Positions 22,469 to 37,900 of a DNA stretch of 64,000 bases are shown one piece after another. The notes beneath the pieces were generated by a model. That model saw only the letters and a program-made list of their open reading frames with translations. It searched no databases and was not told where the DNA came from. The DNA comes from Trichoplax adhaerens. Taxonomy: Eukaryota; Animalia; Placozoa. The position numbers and the translations under genes are program-made. Location of the stretch: NCBI RefSeq assembly GCF_000150275.1, contig NW_002060973.1, forward strand, positions 271,555-335,554, written 5' to 3'. Position 1 is the stretch's first letter; each line of letters opens with the position of its first letter.

Positions 22469-25400
22469 CTAAATTAATAATCTTTCGATTTCTTGTTGTA
22501 TCGACAAGATTTGAGGCTTTAATTGCGATCCTTCATTGGCCGTTACTGCACAAGCAATTACCGGACGAGTAACGTTGCACGCTCTACCTAAAGCTATAGA
22601 ATGAAAGAAAATACTTAAATAACAATAACCAAAAATTGAATTATGGACATTAGTTTCAGATCATGATCTATGTTGGCACTGATTCTATCATAAGTACACA
22701 ATTGTAACATGATTTGAAATATCCAAGAAATGATGTAATAAGAAATTGCATAATCTTAATAGATCAACAAGGTGATTCTTGTACTGTATTAAAAAGACTG
22801 TAAAGGCTATTCATTTGCTATCCAATAAATTATTAAATATACCAAATACAGCAACCGAAATCGTTTATTGTAAAAAAATGGGCATCTTGCCAGCCTATTT
22901 TTTAATTTATATCAATGGCAAGATGAAATGATAATCTCTGCATTGATTTTCAGAATTGGATGACAATGATCAATAAATTTGAACATCTATAGTGGTGTAA
23001 TTACTTAATTATTAATACAGATATAATGTTGCTGTAAGACATTCCATGATAGATCAGCCTCTAAAGTATCTTAGCATTGAAACACAAACAAATAACAAAG
23101 TTTTTTTAATATCTATAAATAGTAGAAACGTTGAATAACTTGCAGCCCCATCATGCAATCAAGTAATACTGTACATAACTCTTATAACCTGAGCTCAAAA
23201 CTGTATGACCTACAGCTTTTAAAATAAATATTTCATGTTGAATCGGATTAGATCTGGTTAAGGAAAGCACTCGCACAATCCATTCATTTTCATAACTCAT
23301 AGTTGTTGAATACAACTGCTAATCACTATGACCTATCATTGTAGTATAGCTATATTGCACTAGTGCTCTATTTCAACATCGTTTACAGTAGCTAAAGAGC
23401 ACTAGCAAAATACTGCCAATGACGATTACAAGAGATCACCTACATTTTTAAAACTAGAATACAACTACTGCATAATTAACTGGTTATTTTCTATGTTTAG
23501 ATTCTAATCAAAATGGCTATAATGATAAAGATTAATGGTAATGCATGATTATAAAGGTACAACAACTGCTTCAACAACGATAGAGTATTTAAAGACATTC
23601 TTTTATGGCCTATTTCTGGTCAATATACAAAATGGAAGAATTTATCCACATCTTGTTGAATACAATAATATCTACATTAGGTATTGGTGTTGCATGCTAG
23701 AAAGGTTAGCTATAAAGTGACTATATTAAAATTACATCATTATAGCTTCAAGTTATAAAAATTAAATCGAGAATGTAACCATTTCGCACAAGTCTGTATT
23801 TATACAGGTAAAAGAAATATAAGTAACTCCAATTCGAGCTGGTCAATAATAACACTATCAATCTAATTCAAGATTGCATTGTCGATAGCCAATCTAAATG
23901 TGTTTGCAGTACACGTAGTAGGGTTTCTAATGTACATAAACATTAATGTAGCGCCTTCCCAATTGCCATGCAGAGTACTTGTCAGAGATAAATTGACTAC
24001 TTTATATTTCGATACTTTACTTACTTATTACAAAATAGAACAGTGTTAAGAATGTCAACAAGAACTTGATGTTTGTATTGATGATGAATAGCTTAAGTTC
24101 TAAATAATCACTTACCATGTTTGGATTTAACAAATACGTAGGGCACATTCTAAAGGCAAAATGAAAGATATGATTTATTGAAGAAACTTGCAATAATCAA
24201 ATAATTTACATTGTAGGATACTTTCGACCTCCTAAAGTTTAATATCTTTTCCGTTTTTTTTAAAATTTGGTTCGCATAGCTTAGGTTTAACTACGTTTAG
24301 ATATTTCCTTTTATGATTATATTGTCTACCGAACCAACCTTATCTTCACATAGCAAGGGTAGATGTAATAAAATCTCCAGTGGCTCTGTATCGGCAGCCA
24401 TAACGATAAATTCCGAGATACCACGATTTAAGGCTTTGGTTGCTAGTATAGAAAGATAAATTATAATCTACCGTTAACAAGGACACCAGTGCATTATGAA
24501 ATGTAAAATTAATCATTTTTAATCTTAAATCTGTACCAGATACTAAGCCGTCATGATGCTATAGTAATGTATCTATTAGCCTGCACTAGTAAATAGATTC
24601 GATCGATACTACTAGAGGTAATTTTCTTCCCATAGCAAGCTTAAGTTTCTCTTTTAGTCGTAATCGAATAATGCTCTAGATAATATTGAATCTCCTGACT
24701 TTGCCTAACCATATACGAGTAAATTGAATGCGACGCCCACTGTCGATGGTGTTTTGTCCCTAGTGAAGCAATTTTATATCCTTGATTCTATCTAAAATCA
24801 ATTACAAGCAATTTCTCCTATTCTATATAGTCCATCAACTTGATATCACTAAAGCCAGACATGCAAGTCGTGATTAATTCATTTACGATAGCAACTATCA
24901 GTACTGATTTCTTTCAATAGAAAACAAGTAGCTGATACCTTGTTAAACTTGCTCGAGCTATTTAGACTGCGTACAGTCCCCTACTTGCACTTACTACCAT
25001 GACTACATTTATGCATCTGTACATACTGTAGTAGTCCATTAAATGCGATGGCAAATGTCGTCAGCGTGGATTTCTCCTAAGTGAACCAAATTTCTCGTGC
25101 TTTCTTATATTCAAAATCCACTACTAGCAATTTATCCGATTATACAGTCTATCAACTTGATCTTTCTAAAATGATGCATACTTAAAGTAGTAAATTGATC
25201 GGGATGGAAAACGCAAACGATAATCTCTCATCACTCGCTAGGACTATTGGGATTATGCAACGTTCACTACTTGATGTTACAACAGTATTGTCGTACAATA
25301 GTAAATTGAATGCGATGATGAGAAAGTCATTTCTCACACTCAATGAGATCTAAAATTGATTTCTTGCAATGTCTTTTCCTAGTATACTAACTGAGGGATT

Positions 25401-26165
25401 GATCCATGATACATTGAGTCTCTGCGCTTTCTACACCAATCGAGATATCTGTAATCCATGATTTTAACATGATCCTACTTACTATAGTCATGATGCATCT
25501 ATCAATAAACGGAGTGTGATCATTCATCTATGAAACAGCAAGTATCTCTACTTCTATACCAATCTACTAATCCGTAATCGATTACTTTGACATGATCCTA
25601 TTGACTACAATCATGCATGCATTAATAGATTCATGGAAGGTGGAAATTTATCAGTGAAACAACCAGTTTCAACGCTTCTACACTAATCTGCTAATCAGTC
25701 ATGCAAGCATCTATTTGTACGTCTTTGCTGTTCTACTCCATCTACAATCGATCATATTGATTTTATTGAATATATTGACTACATTCTCTTGACGGGACTA
25801 CAGGTATAGGCACCTAGAAATACATGATGGCAACAGTCGCAGTTGATTTCCTGCATGAAATCATATCGCCGTGTCTGTTGACTATCAAGCATTTTTACCT
25901 TCATTGGCTCCTTTTTTCAGTTGCTTGTAATTGACAGCTTGTTGTACAAGATCTAAAATCTTGATGGTCAATTGCTGATCCGCTAAAGGATAAGCTTTAG
26001 GATTAACTTTATCATCCGCCTATGGACCATGATGAAAAAATGACAAACACCATGCAAAGAAGATTAAAATCAAACAGGCAAGCTGTCATGCTACAACAAC
26101 AGCCTAAAACCGAGCATTACATCATGCTAAACACAATCTAATCAACTCTATCCATGACTCACCAT
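22469..26165 (-). CDS. SNU13: SNU13/NHP2L1 (15.5K) U4/U6 and box C/D snoRNP protein, 5 coding exons
   Basis: An ATG-only exon (26165-26163) is followed by [14 protein letters not shown]...[54 protein letters not shown] and [15 protein letters not shown]...IERLLI*. Confidence 0.97.
24700..25715. repeat. Diverged local tandem repeats (~300-bp and ~125-bp units) in SNU13 intron 2
   Basis: AATGCGA...AAAATC..T..AGCAATTT units start at ~24725, 25042 and 25308. CTACACCAATC-like units occur at ~25431, 25554 and 25678. Confidence 0.55.
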
Positions 26166-26504
26166 GATCAAATTTCCTTGTATCGATTTTAAAGCTAATG
26201 TTAACCAAATGAGAAGTCTGATGGAGTGGAAAATTGCAATGCAATGGCAAAAATCAACGCTGTCAATGGGCTAATTTGCCTTCTTCCAACTGAGCTCCAG
26301 TATAGATTTGGCAGGACGCGCGGTGGATGCCAGCAGCAAATCCACGCTGCCTGCTGCAAGGTGGAGGATTGCAGGACGCATGCGTTTAGGAGGGCCAGAG
26401 CCCAGGAACCGGAGGCGATAACAGACAGACAGATAGAGACCTTTACGCTCTCTCCGTCGATTTCGTTGTGCAAAATAGGTGTCATCCAACAGCTGCATCA
26501 TCGA

Positions 26505-27850
26505 GCTAGAGATGGGTCAAAACGAGGGTTAGGATAGGCCATTTACACACCAGGATGCCTTTTATTCTGTGGGAGCTATGTGCAAAATGAGTTGTCATGG
26601 CCACAACCCCTTTCCAATATGGCTAATATCATTCGCTTGATGATGGAGTCCATGACTGTGCTTGCATGCTGGTCCATTTAGGCTTAGCACCCTCTAGTGG
26701 AATCTAGTGGAATACACTGAAGGCTTCATGCTCAAATGGTCATCCTTTTCTTCGAGTACAAAGGAGATCTAATTGAAAGATCGCGCAATATCATTTCGCT
26801 TACTATTAATTTAGACACACCTGTGCAGTGTGCACCTCATAATTTAATGCAGCCATGACAGAATATTTTATGCATGAATGGCTAAGATGTGTAGCAAAGT
26901 CCTAGTAGATCTATTGGAGCAAGATACTGTAAACAGTTATCTAACTCTCTCGTACTACTCATCATCGATCGATCTAGGCTACACTCTCCTTCTCGTATAT
27001 ACGGTATATACTGTACAGTGCGTAGACAATCTAATAGCGTTCATCCTCGAACCTTCACCATGACAAGCCATTTTGCACATAGAGGACTAGTATGGATCAT
27101 AGGTTCGGCTCGTAATTTAGAATAGTTTCACATGCTACTTTATTAGGGCTACATTGCATCAAGCTGGAAATAGGTCAAAACGAGGGTTAGGATAGGCCAT
27201 TTACACACCAGGATGCCTTTTATTCTGTGGGAGCTATGTGCAAAATGAGTTGTCATGGCCACAACCCCCTATTCAATATGGCTAATATGATTCGCTTAAT
27301 GATAGAGTCCATGACTGTACTGATCCATTTAGGCTTAGCACCCTCTAGTGGAATACACTGTAGGCTTTATGCTCAAATGGTCATCCTTTTCTTCGAGTGC
27401 AAAGGAGATCTAATTGAAAGATCATGCAATATCATTTCGCTTACTATTAATTTAGATGCATCTGAACAGTGTGCACCTCATAATTTAATGCAGCCATGAC
27501 AGAATATTTATGCATGAATAGCTGAGATGTGTAGCAAAGTCCTAGTAGATCCATTGGAGCAAGATACTGTAAACAGTTATCTAACTCTCTCGTACTACTC
27601 ATCATCGATCGATCTAGGCTGCGCAGATCATTTTTCACACTAATTACCAGTATATGTTTACTACAAAATAACTGTTGTCCCTACACTCTCTTTCCATATA
27701 CGGTATACTGTATACGCGGACAGTGTAATAGCGTTCATCCTCTAACCTTCACCATGACAAGCCATTTTGCATATAGAGGACTAGTATGGATCATAGGTTC
27801 GACTCGTAATTTATAATGGTTTCACATGCTACTTATTAGGGCTACATTGC
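26505..27850. repeat. Recent ~665-bp direct tandem duplication
   Basis: GGTCAAAACGAGGGTTAGGATAGGCC occurs at ~26515 and ~27173, and both copies end GGGCTACATTGCA (~27146, ~27839). Confidence 0.93.
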
Positions 27851-28969
27851 AGCAATGGAAGCTTTCTATAAACTAGAGACTCTACTGTACTCTTGGAGAG
27901 GGTCTCTTATGTGCTGTACACAGTGTACAGTACTTGCTTGGCTAATCATTTAACAGGCAGTATCCATGGACATGATTAATGCAGGCGAGTCGACTTTGCA
28001 AAACTAGACGTTACTCAGTGAGACTACTTTTCAATCACAGCTATTGCTGACTCGTATAGAAACAAAATCTACTATGCTATAACCTTCAGTTTCTTACTAT
28101 GCTTGGCATCTGTAGCAGAATGATGCCACCGTCTAAGCCCTGTAGGCGTAGACCATGATATACAGTTCACAAAAGTAAATTTTACGATAACACCGATTCA
28201 TCCATGATAAGACTTTGCACCTTACGAAGTAAAAAGGGAAATCCACCTTAATCATCCATCCAAAATTGCCAATAAATATAATCGACTAAAAAAATTAAAA
28301 ATATGTAATATCCAAATAGGACGACGTATAGGTCTGGCGTGTTATTCAATCAAGATTGATTTTATTAATAGTTCTTTAATTTATTGTTCTTTTGACTTGA
28401 TTCACATTAGAAATGACAATATATAATTGAAAAGAATCATTTAGTCAAAAGTGACAAAATAGGACGACCTCCTTAGAAAGGCTTATTACCATAGATTTGA
28501 ATATTTGCCGAAACAATAACTAGAAATGCATAGTGCATTAATATTGTGCTAAATAAACAATTAACTTAGTACCAAAAACTATTGAATAGTACCTTGACTA
28601 CAGTACTAGATAAGTTAGTATAAACTAGTGTACTGTAGTAAAATTAAAAAGAATATCATTAGAGCAATTCCATGGCGTAATGTGTCCATTTACTGCATAG
28701 AGAGAATCATCTCCTTTTGTTTTTCACACCAAAGTAGTAATAGCAAGTACAGTAGACAAAGCAATTCGTAACAGTAAAAATTTTGATAAGCAATCAAACA
28801 TTCAAAAAACTATCTATTAACGCAAAGTGTATAAAATATGCATTTACTATCACTGAACATTGAACGGCTTTCCTATAATCTTCCTCTGTAAATCATCACT
28901 TGTTCTATAATAATATATATTTTCAAAGCAAGATTTAACTGCAAATTCCAATTTCTGATTTTTTGGTGT

Positions 28970-31900
28970 TCAATTATTACTATCTAAATCATCTTTATCA
29001 TCATCATCGCCATCAGCTGCTAACTGGCCACGACGTCGACCTCCTCTCTCTCGCCTAAATTTCATAAATATGTACATCAGACGATATAATATACCCAAAA
29101 CGCAGCAAAAAGAATGCGATAAAATAGTTTACTAACCTCATACGAGTTTTCAAAGCATTAATTTCTCTCGTTAGCGCTTCACTCACTTCCATTTGCTCAT
29201 CTAAATCGCGCTGCATTTTACGCTTCAGAGCTGTTTGTCGACTGGTCTCCTCCTCCTACAGCAAAATAATTTCACCATCAAATCTAGTAACCTCAATACC
29301 ATCATTAAAGTTAAAGTTATTGTCGTCATTCTACCTACCGCTTCATCCAATTGTCTCTTCATATTTCTTAAGCGTGATGACGCCTTGTCAGCCTAGTTTA
29401 CGTCAAATCGATTACTATAATGCCCTATTGCATACTACAGTCATAACACCTATTCACCTGCTCTTTGTATTCATCAGCATGCCTCCTTTCCTCTTCCACT
29501 TGAATCGTTAATTCTTTCAATCGCTTCTCAGCACGGCGATTATTCTTTTGCAATGACGTTCTCTCTCTAAAGTAACGAGTAGTCATCATGCCGTTAGAAA
29601 TGATTATCTGACTATAGGGATGGTAGCCATGATAACCTTACCTCGCTTCCGATTCGAGCTGTTCTTCTAAATTATTAATTCTACTCTCCCATGTTTGTGT
29701 TAACGCTTTACTCTTTGCCCTGCTACTTGTTTCCAACTCTGAAACTTTAGCTTGTAGATCTTTATTCTAAAATAGTTCAACAATCGTATCAGATTTAAGT
29801 TTACATCATCTACCGGTACTATTGCATATTTTAAGTCAGATATTTCCTAACTTGGCGTTCTAGTTGTGTCTTGCCAGCTTCTAATTTCTGAGATACAGAC
29901 TTTTCTACTGCTAGATCAGAATTGAGTTGCTCCATCTAAAAGAAACCCTTCAGCATTAATAAATGAACACCAAAACAAAAGTTAATTTGGCTAAGATTTT
30001 CCCTTATACCTGCATTTGCATTTTCCTATATTTATCTTGCTGTGAAGAGTTTTCAGTCTGCTCATCCTCTAGTTCGTCTTCTAATTCACTAATACGACTT
30101 TCTAGTCGTTTCTTTTCATCAGTCCAACTTTGCCTACATGGAGGAGCGTTAAAAGTAGATTAGGTAAGTAATAGAGAAATCATCTATTCATACTCTAGAT
30201 TTAGATCAACGTACCTCAAGGATGAGGCACTAGCTGAATCTTCGATTAGTTCATCTCTTTCGGCTTCTGCATTTCGTCGTGCTCTCTCAGAGTTAGCAAG
30301 TTCCTGTGAGCATAAATGTAATACACCTTGAATAATTCAATAATGCATATTACATACATGATGCAAACTTACTTCTTGCGCTTGTCGTAAGTCACCCTCA
30401 GCTGTTCGAAATTTTCTATCCAAATCTCGAGACTGATCATATAATTCCTCTCTGGATACTCTTAATTCATCCAACTCATTTTGCATCTCCTTCACCTGAC
30501 CCTATAACATAATAAAGTCGTTAGAAATTCGCTACTGACGAACGAAAACAATTACAGTACTGCCATGGTATTTATATATTACCTGAAGCTTCTTGTTTTG
30601 GCGTACATCATCATCTCTAGACTTGTTTGCCAATTCTACTTGTGATTCCAATTCCTTTACATCCATTTCCAACTTCTTCTTAGCGCTAACCGCCTGCGAG
30701 CGTTGACTACGTTCGTCTTCTACTTCAGTTTCTAATTCCCTGACCTAATATATCACACCATGACCATAAATATTGATCATTATCAGATCAAATAGTACAA
30801 CATTCTTCAATACCTGTTTTAAAAGTGATCGACGAGCTTCTTCAATTTGTTCATCCCTTTGTGAGACCTCTCTATCTAGGTTTGATTTGGCCGCTTGTAA
30901 ATTAACCTGTATAATTGATAACAGTTTAGCTCATTAAGTACATTTCTTACACAAGAACATGACTGCTTCAAGAAAATCACTTCAATACCTCTAAGCGTAA
31001 CTTTCCGTCCTCTGCCAGTTGTAATTCATCTTCAAGCTCTTCTAATTGAGCTTTTAAATCTTCTACATGAGCCGCTAAAGTTTGCTTGGCTTTTTCTAAT
31101 TCGTGTACCTGTAATGTTATTCAAGTTACGAAAATTACGCTACAAAGTTTCACTCCATAAATATCATTTTATGGTATAGACTTACATTTTTTCCAGCGTC
31201 ATCTTTGGATTCCATGAGATCATTGATTTCAGCCTAACCAAAACGAAAAACAACATGACTATGACTATAATCGTAACAAATTAACTTTTTTTGCAATTGA
31301 TTACTCACTTGTTGTTGACGTCTAATTCTTTCGCTATCTTCATGCTGATCTCTTAATTCTTCCAACTCACGTTTAAGTGAAATAATTGTAGTTTCGTTAC
31401 TTCGAACAGTTTTTTCCGCTGTATCTCTATCGTTAGCAATCATTTCAGATTTACTTCTCTCTTCGGCTAATTGCTATTAAGTATCATTGGCAAGATTAGT
31501 AAGAGGCTTATTGTAAAGTTATAAATAACTCGTAGGTTTACCTGATCAAACTTTCGCTGTCTCTTTTCAAGATTAGAAATGGTCGATTTGCCTTTTTCTA
31601 AATCGACATTCAAATCATCCACCTAACAAAAGACGTCCAGATTAAAGAAAGGATTATCTTAATAAACGACAAATTCTGCGATATACAGCATCATTAATAC
31701 CAACCTCGCACTGTAACCTGGTTTTTGCCTTTTCTAACTTTGTATTTGTATTTTTGAGATCATCCAGTGTATTCTGGCATAAATCTAGATCTTTAGCTAA
31801 TTTTCTTTTAGCATTCTCTGCGTCTTCTAATGCAATTTCACTTTGTTGCAGACTCTTACGTGCATCTGCGAGCTATAACATTGTAAGAAAAATGATTACA

Positions 31901-34900
31901 TAAGCTGAAATTCGGATTTGACAAACAAAAAATTAGTATTTGCTGACAACGCACGCAGTTGAAATACATACTTGTGTAGATTGAGTATTAATTTGACGAG
32001 CTAAGTTCTCTTTGTCACTTTCAAGCTCTTCAATCAACTCGCTATGATGAGATAATTTGTTTTCCAATTCTCTGTGTTGCATGCTAATATTTTGCTTTTG
32101 CTTTGTTTCATCTTCATACAATTCCTACATATATAAAGTCTATTAATAAAAATATCCACGCAAACATGCTACTAACTGATCAATATCACTTACTTGTAGC
32201 TCAGCAATTTGTAACTCTAGTGACTTGGATGTTCGTTCCAATGAGCTAATCTGAGTCTCTGCTTGGACTAATTGAGCGACTGTAGTATCTAATTGAGACT
32301 GTAAGAAGAAACGGAATTATTTCCACCAGAAAGATATGCAATAGAGGTAAAACCATATTCTAATAAATTGATGTCGATATTAACCTGCAATTTAGAATTG
32401 GTCTGCTCTAAATCTTCAGTTTTTCTTTGTAGTGTTGTATTACGTCCATTTAAATCTGAAACTTGAGATTCCAGCGCTTTCTTTTTTTTTTCTAATTCTG
32501 TTTTAGAAGCGTGTAGATCACTGCATTCTGCTTTTACATCAGCTAAACTAGAATCGGCTTGTAATTTATATTTTTCCAGTGACGCTTTCGCCTGTGTAAG
32601 CATACCAAAATAATGTATGCATATAAGCAACACTATCTTAACAATCCAAACTGATATTATTGTGCTCACCTTCTTTAATGTTTCAATCTGATTATTCATT
32701 TCTTCAATAGTTTCATTATGCTTTTTCTTGGAAAGAGAAACTGCTTCAGCATGAGCAATAGTGTCTTCTTCCAGTACTTTTTTCAAATGTTTCAATTCTT
32801 CTTCGCGCTTATTGCGTAGATCTTGCTGTGCAGCAGTGGTATCAAGTGAATCTAATAATTCATTCTTTAAACTTTCCAATTCCTAATAAAATGAAGAAGT
32901 TATTATAAAAAAAAGCCACTTTTTAACTTATGAACATTTCCTGATGCATTTTACTTGCAAGTATTTTTGTTGCCATTGCTAACCTCATTTAACTGCCGTT
33001 TCTGTTTATCGATCTTGCTTCTAGTATCTCTTTCTGCATCTAAATCTTCCGTTATTTCCTGTAACTGTGATTCCAAGTCACGGCACTTTTTCTCCGCTTT
33101 ATTTCTAGCGTTTACTTCTTGATCAATTCTATCAGATTATTGTTTAAAAGAAATGGTCATTCCATCGATTGTGTTATCTACTTTTACGCAATATGACAGA
33201 CGTACTTGGCATTTGCTTGATTTAAATCATTTGAATGTCTTTCAAGTGTATTTTGCAATTCAGTGACCTATTATGAAGACATAACCTAATTTTAATTCAT
33301 TGTGAAAATCCGATCGTATTCGAAAGTTGTTACCTGAGCTGTCGCATCACTTAATTGATCATTCGTATCTCTGAGATCAGCTTCAAGTTTTCTCTTAATC
33401 TTCTCCAAATCTGTGCGCAGCTATAGAAGGAACAACGAGTAAGAGATTTGATTCTTACAAATTTGCTAACAATTTAGTGATCCTACTTCTTGTTCCTTGC
33501 GTAATGTATCTTCAGTTTCCTGAAGCTGTGAATCTACTTTCGCTTTTTGACGGTTAAGATGCTTGTGTTTATCCTCCAGCGTTCCAAATGAACTTGTTAA
33601 CTCTGCAACCTTATCTTCAAGGAACTTTTTATCTTTGCTTAGCTACAATTGAACAATTTGCATTTTATTAAACACATATTAATACGAGTATATCACCTCA
33701 ATGATCGAAACCTTAGAGTTAGTGTCAGCTTCTTTCATTAAATCGTTTTCAAAAGCAACAATCTTAGAATCAAGGGAAGCCTTTTCCATTTGTAATTTTT
33801 GACGTTGCGCTTCCTCCTCTTCTAAGCTATCAACGGATTTACGTGATAAGCATTAGTCGAATAGAGTTGAAATGCTAATGTCTACCTTAAACACTTATAA
33901 TACCTAGTCTCCAAATCTGAAATGGATTGTAATAACTTTTTTTTCTCCTTTGTCAAGACGTTAACGTTTTCTTCTTCCTCAGCAGCTTTCACCTCAGCAT
34001 CATGCAACAGTTCTTCTAATTCGTTTTTCTTTATTGATAATCTAATTCGCATCTAGAGGCGTTAGATTAAATTTAATACACGTCAGTATACTGTTGACTT
34101 AAAGGATGCGTTTTGCTTCTCGGTCTTACTTCTTCAGCTTCTGCACACAGTTCAGTTTCTGTTTGTAGCTGCTCAGCCAGAATGGATTTTTCTTCCAATA
34201 CCTACATATCATTTTGTACCATGATAAACAAATCCTATTTCAATCAATTTCTTTTACATGTTTTTATGTCTAACCTTGTTGTAATCGATTTCAAGAATTT
34301 GGAGATCGTGTTGGGCTTTTTCAGATTTTTCTCTCACACGTTTAAGCTCATCTTCAACTTGTCTCTTTTCGTCATCTTGACGGGTAACATTTAATAACGG
34401 TCTTACCTGGAAATAATCAAGATATTGCTGTGAGTAATTTACTGCTGTAGAACGTTATTTCTATAATTAGCTATGCAATTTTTACCTTGGTATACAATCG
34501 CCACCACTGCCAATCGCGGAGTTTCAGATATGCTTGAACATTTCTCTGAATGACCCTAATAGCGTTTGTCTGCTGTACTCTCCTAAGGTACATTCTAAAG
34601 TACAAATAAGTAATCATCAATTCAATGAATATTCAATATAACGAATAAAGGTTTTAACTATCTATGAATAATAGTCTTACTTTCTAGCCAAGTTACCACG
34701 GCAATATGCTTGAAATCCCGTTATAATAGAAGATAATTTCAAATCACGCTCTTCCTCTAGGCGAGCAAGCGTACCCGCACGAAAGAATAGCTTAGACAGA
34801 CCGATACGGTAGGAATTGCTTTCTAACTCCAGGACTTCAGTCTATGATAAAAAATAAATGACACGACAATCGATATTTTTAAGTACAGTAGTGAGTGGTT

Positions 34901-37900
34901 TAATGACAATAACGTATTTTGCAATACTACATCATACCATTTTCTGAACGGCCTTGCGAGCATCCATGAAACCTTTTGGGATAGCTCCAGGGGTTAAGAT
35001 TTCGTATCTAAGGGAATAAAAAGGTCGAAATTTGATTTAGATAAAGGTATACTTGCAATACACATCTATCTAATTTGTATTTTAACCTTTGTTTAAATTC
35101 TTGGAAAGCAATTCTATTGGGGAAACCTTGTCGGCAAATTCTTATGCCCTCTAATACACCATTACAACGTAATTGTTCAAGAACGAGATTGGCTTCAATT
35201 TTACCCGGCTATTTCAAAAGGCGACATGAAACGAATCGTATCTCAAATAAGTCTCCATGTACAACACTCTCTAGCATAGTTACATACTACATCAGATTGG
35301 AGATTGGTGAGTTACCTTTTTATCATGATTAGGAATAATGCATCTAACAAAGTTTGGACTGGTATTGTTTAGCACCGTCATAAGTCTTGCTAGTTGCTCC
35401 TTGTATAATTGTCCAACAGTTCTAAACATTCCTTTTCGTGTTCTAGAGCTTCCGAAGGTGGTATCAGTATTGGTTGCATTCATGCCGACAACATTACCTA
35501 TTGTAATCATACCACAGACGATGAGATTTTTAAGACATACATTTACTCTTTACGTATATACTAATACTTACTAGAATCTTTCCATAATCCAGCAACGAAT
35601 CCATCACTGGATTGTTGTAATAATGTAATAACGTTATCATTTAGGGGGTCCATATTCTTCATGAGCCATTGATTGGTGCAATAACTAACCTAAACAAAGA
35701 AAGTTTATACCATTTTACTTCATATAGTATCTTTATGAATGAGTTAATAACGTAGAGCATTGACTTTAATAGTTGACGTTACCTTTCCAGCGTAATGAAT
35801 TAGGCAGAAATCGGCATTTTCTCTAAAGTCGGGCTTGTGATATTTAGGATGATTTTTATGTTGTTTCTCCACTTTGTCAGAAAATGTCTTATCGGTAGCT
35901 TTAGGAAACCAACACTCCTCATCTAATAAGGCCAAAATACCTAAAGGCTGTACGTTATTTCCAATAATTGTGAGTTATTATTGCAGATATCGATAATTGT
36001 ACAGTTGTACAGTATTATTAAACGATACTTATTTACCTTTTCGATGAGGTCAATCGTTGGTTGTAGATCCAGTCCAAAGTCAATAAATTTCCAGTCAATA
36101 TTTTCTTTACGATATTCTTCCTATAAAAAGATGAATATTTTTATTAGCTTACATTTACGACACACTATCTTTATGACAACAATCTAACCTGTTCCAGGAT
36201 AAACATTGTATGGTTAAACAATTGTTGTAATTTTTCATTTGTGAAGTTGATGCAAAGTTGCTCAAAGGAATTAAGCTGTAAAAGAATGAATAAAAACAAT
36301 ATTACAGAAAGAATTCAACTACTTCAATTTTCAATCATTGACTGTCTGACCTTGAAAATTTCGAAACCAGCAATATCTAGTATTCCGATGAAGGAGGCCC
36401 CTTGCCTTTTTGTACGATCTAAAGTTCGATTTACCCTTGACACCAACCATTTAAAAAGGCGCTTGTATAGGGCTTTGGATAAAGCTTGAACAGCAAAGGA
36501 AGCCTACGAATGCATGAACTCAAAGATTGATATTATGTTGTTAATTAATACAGAGTAAGAAATGAAGTTACCTGATCTTTATTTTGCGCTTTAACAACAT
36601 AGTCTCGTCCAACTTTAACTCTGGGCTTTAACAATGCACGAGTAAAGTCCGTTACGGATACACCAAGTAAGAAGCAAACCTTTTGTGCGACTGTTTAAGA
36701 ATGCAAAGGATATCCTGTTATAACGCAACTCAGTAGGTAAATTGCCAATTAGTATGGGATACCTACCAGTGTTGTCGGGAAGAGTGGCTTGGTCAGAACT
36801 TTTATCTTCATCAAATTTCAAATTGCCCATATGGAGGAGCGATGATAGGATCTTTAGGCTAGCTATATCAATGGGGGGAAAAAAAAGGCACAGTCCATCA
36901 TTACAACTCTAGTCTATGGCTGATAAAGCAAGAACGTAAGTTTTCGTACAATTAGTGTCTTCATTTGAAATTCCCATAACGGCTATTGCGTTCTGTAAAG
37001 AGTCATCATTTTAATAACAAGATTAAAATTCGAGGTATTATAATAGCGATTCAAGTATAAATCCACCAGCTCACCAGAGTGTTTTGAAACTCTTCAGCAT
37101 CGTCAACTCCAGGAACAACCACTAATTGATTGCTCATATAGTTGTACTTGTCGATTTTTTCCAATAAAAGATCATCTATAAATATCGATCAAACTACTTT
37201 AATCAATGATTTGTAGGCCACAGACGAAATGAATGATGTATCATTAACCTTTCATCTCAGGTGTAGCTCCTAGCAGCATTTGATAAAATATATGAAAGTT
37301 TCTTTCATCCGGTGCTTGTCGAATGGCTCGAGATTTCTCCAATAAATCTAATGCAAGTTTTAGTACAATAGTTATAATCTATGCAACTCGAAATTAACAT
37401 CATTACGCCTAACAGAAGCGATTTGACGTACAAGTTTCAATATTAGCTCCAACAATAAAGCCAGCAGCATCGAAATTGATCCGAATAAATTTTCCCTATT
37501 ACATATGTACAAAGACAGATTAGATCAATCAGTAAAAGTCATTATCTATCGCTTAATAACACACTATCCAAGTAGGGATAAACTGGTTTTATTTTTGAGC
37601 TACTTACAAATCGTGACGAATTGTCATTCCTGATGGTCTTTGCATTACCAAATGCTTCCAAGATCGGATTGGCTTCAAGTAATTGAGCTTCCAATTCTCC
37701 CTGTTTAATAGGATTATTAATATATGAATTATTCTATTTGTATAAGAAATGGACTACGCTACACCATCATTGCCATCTTTCATTTCTTTGCTAGGAGGAT
37801 GGTCTACTGTACTAGCATGATTAACATTAGGAAAGTATGCTATTGCATTGATGATACACTATTCCGTCCATTACCTGAACAGGCCCAGCAGAAAAGCTTG

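Noticed and set aside
26200-26560. Telomerase RNA candidate (minus-strand CCTAACCCTC next to a GC-rich block)
   Set aside because: No recognisable U-rich pseudoknot or H/ACA end is visible. The motif is inside a local duplication, and the GC block is better explained as the SNU13 promoter.
36690-36715. ATATCCTT on the minus strand in a myosin intron (U12-like donor)
   Set aside because: It lies at the 3' end of an ordinary GT-AG intron and is not needed for the reading frame.
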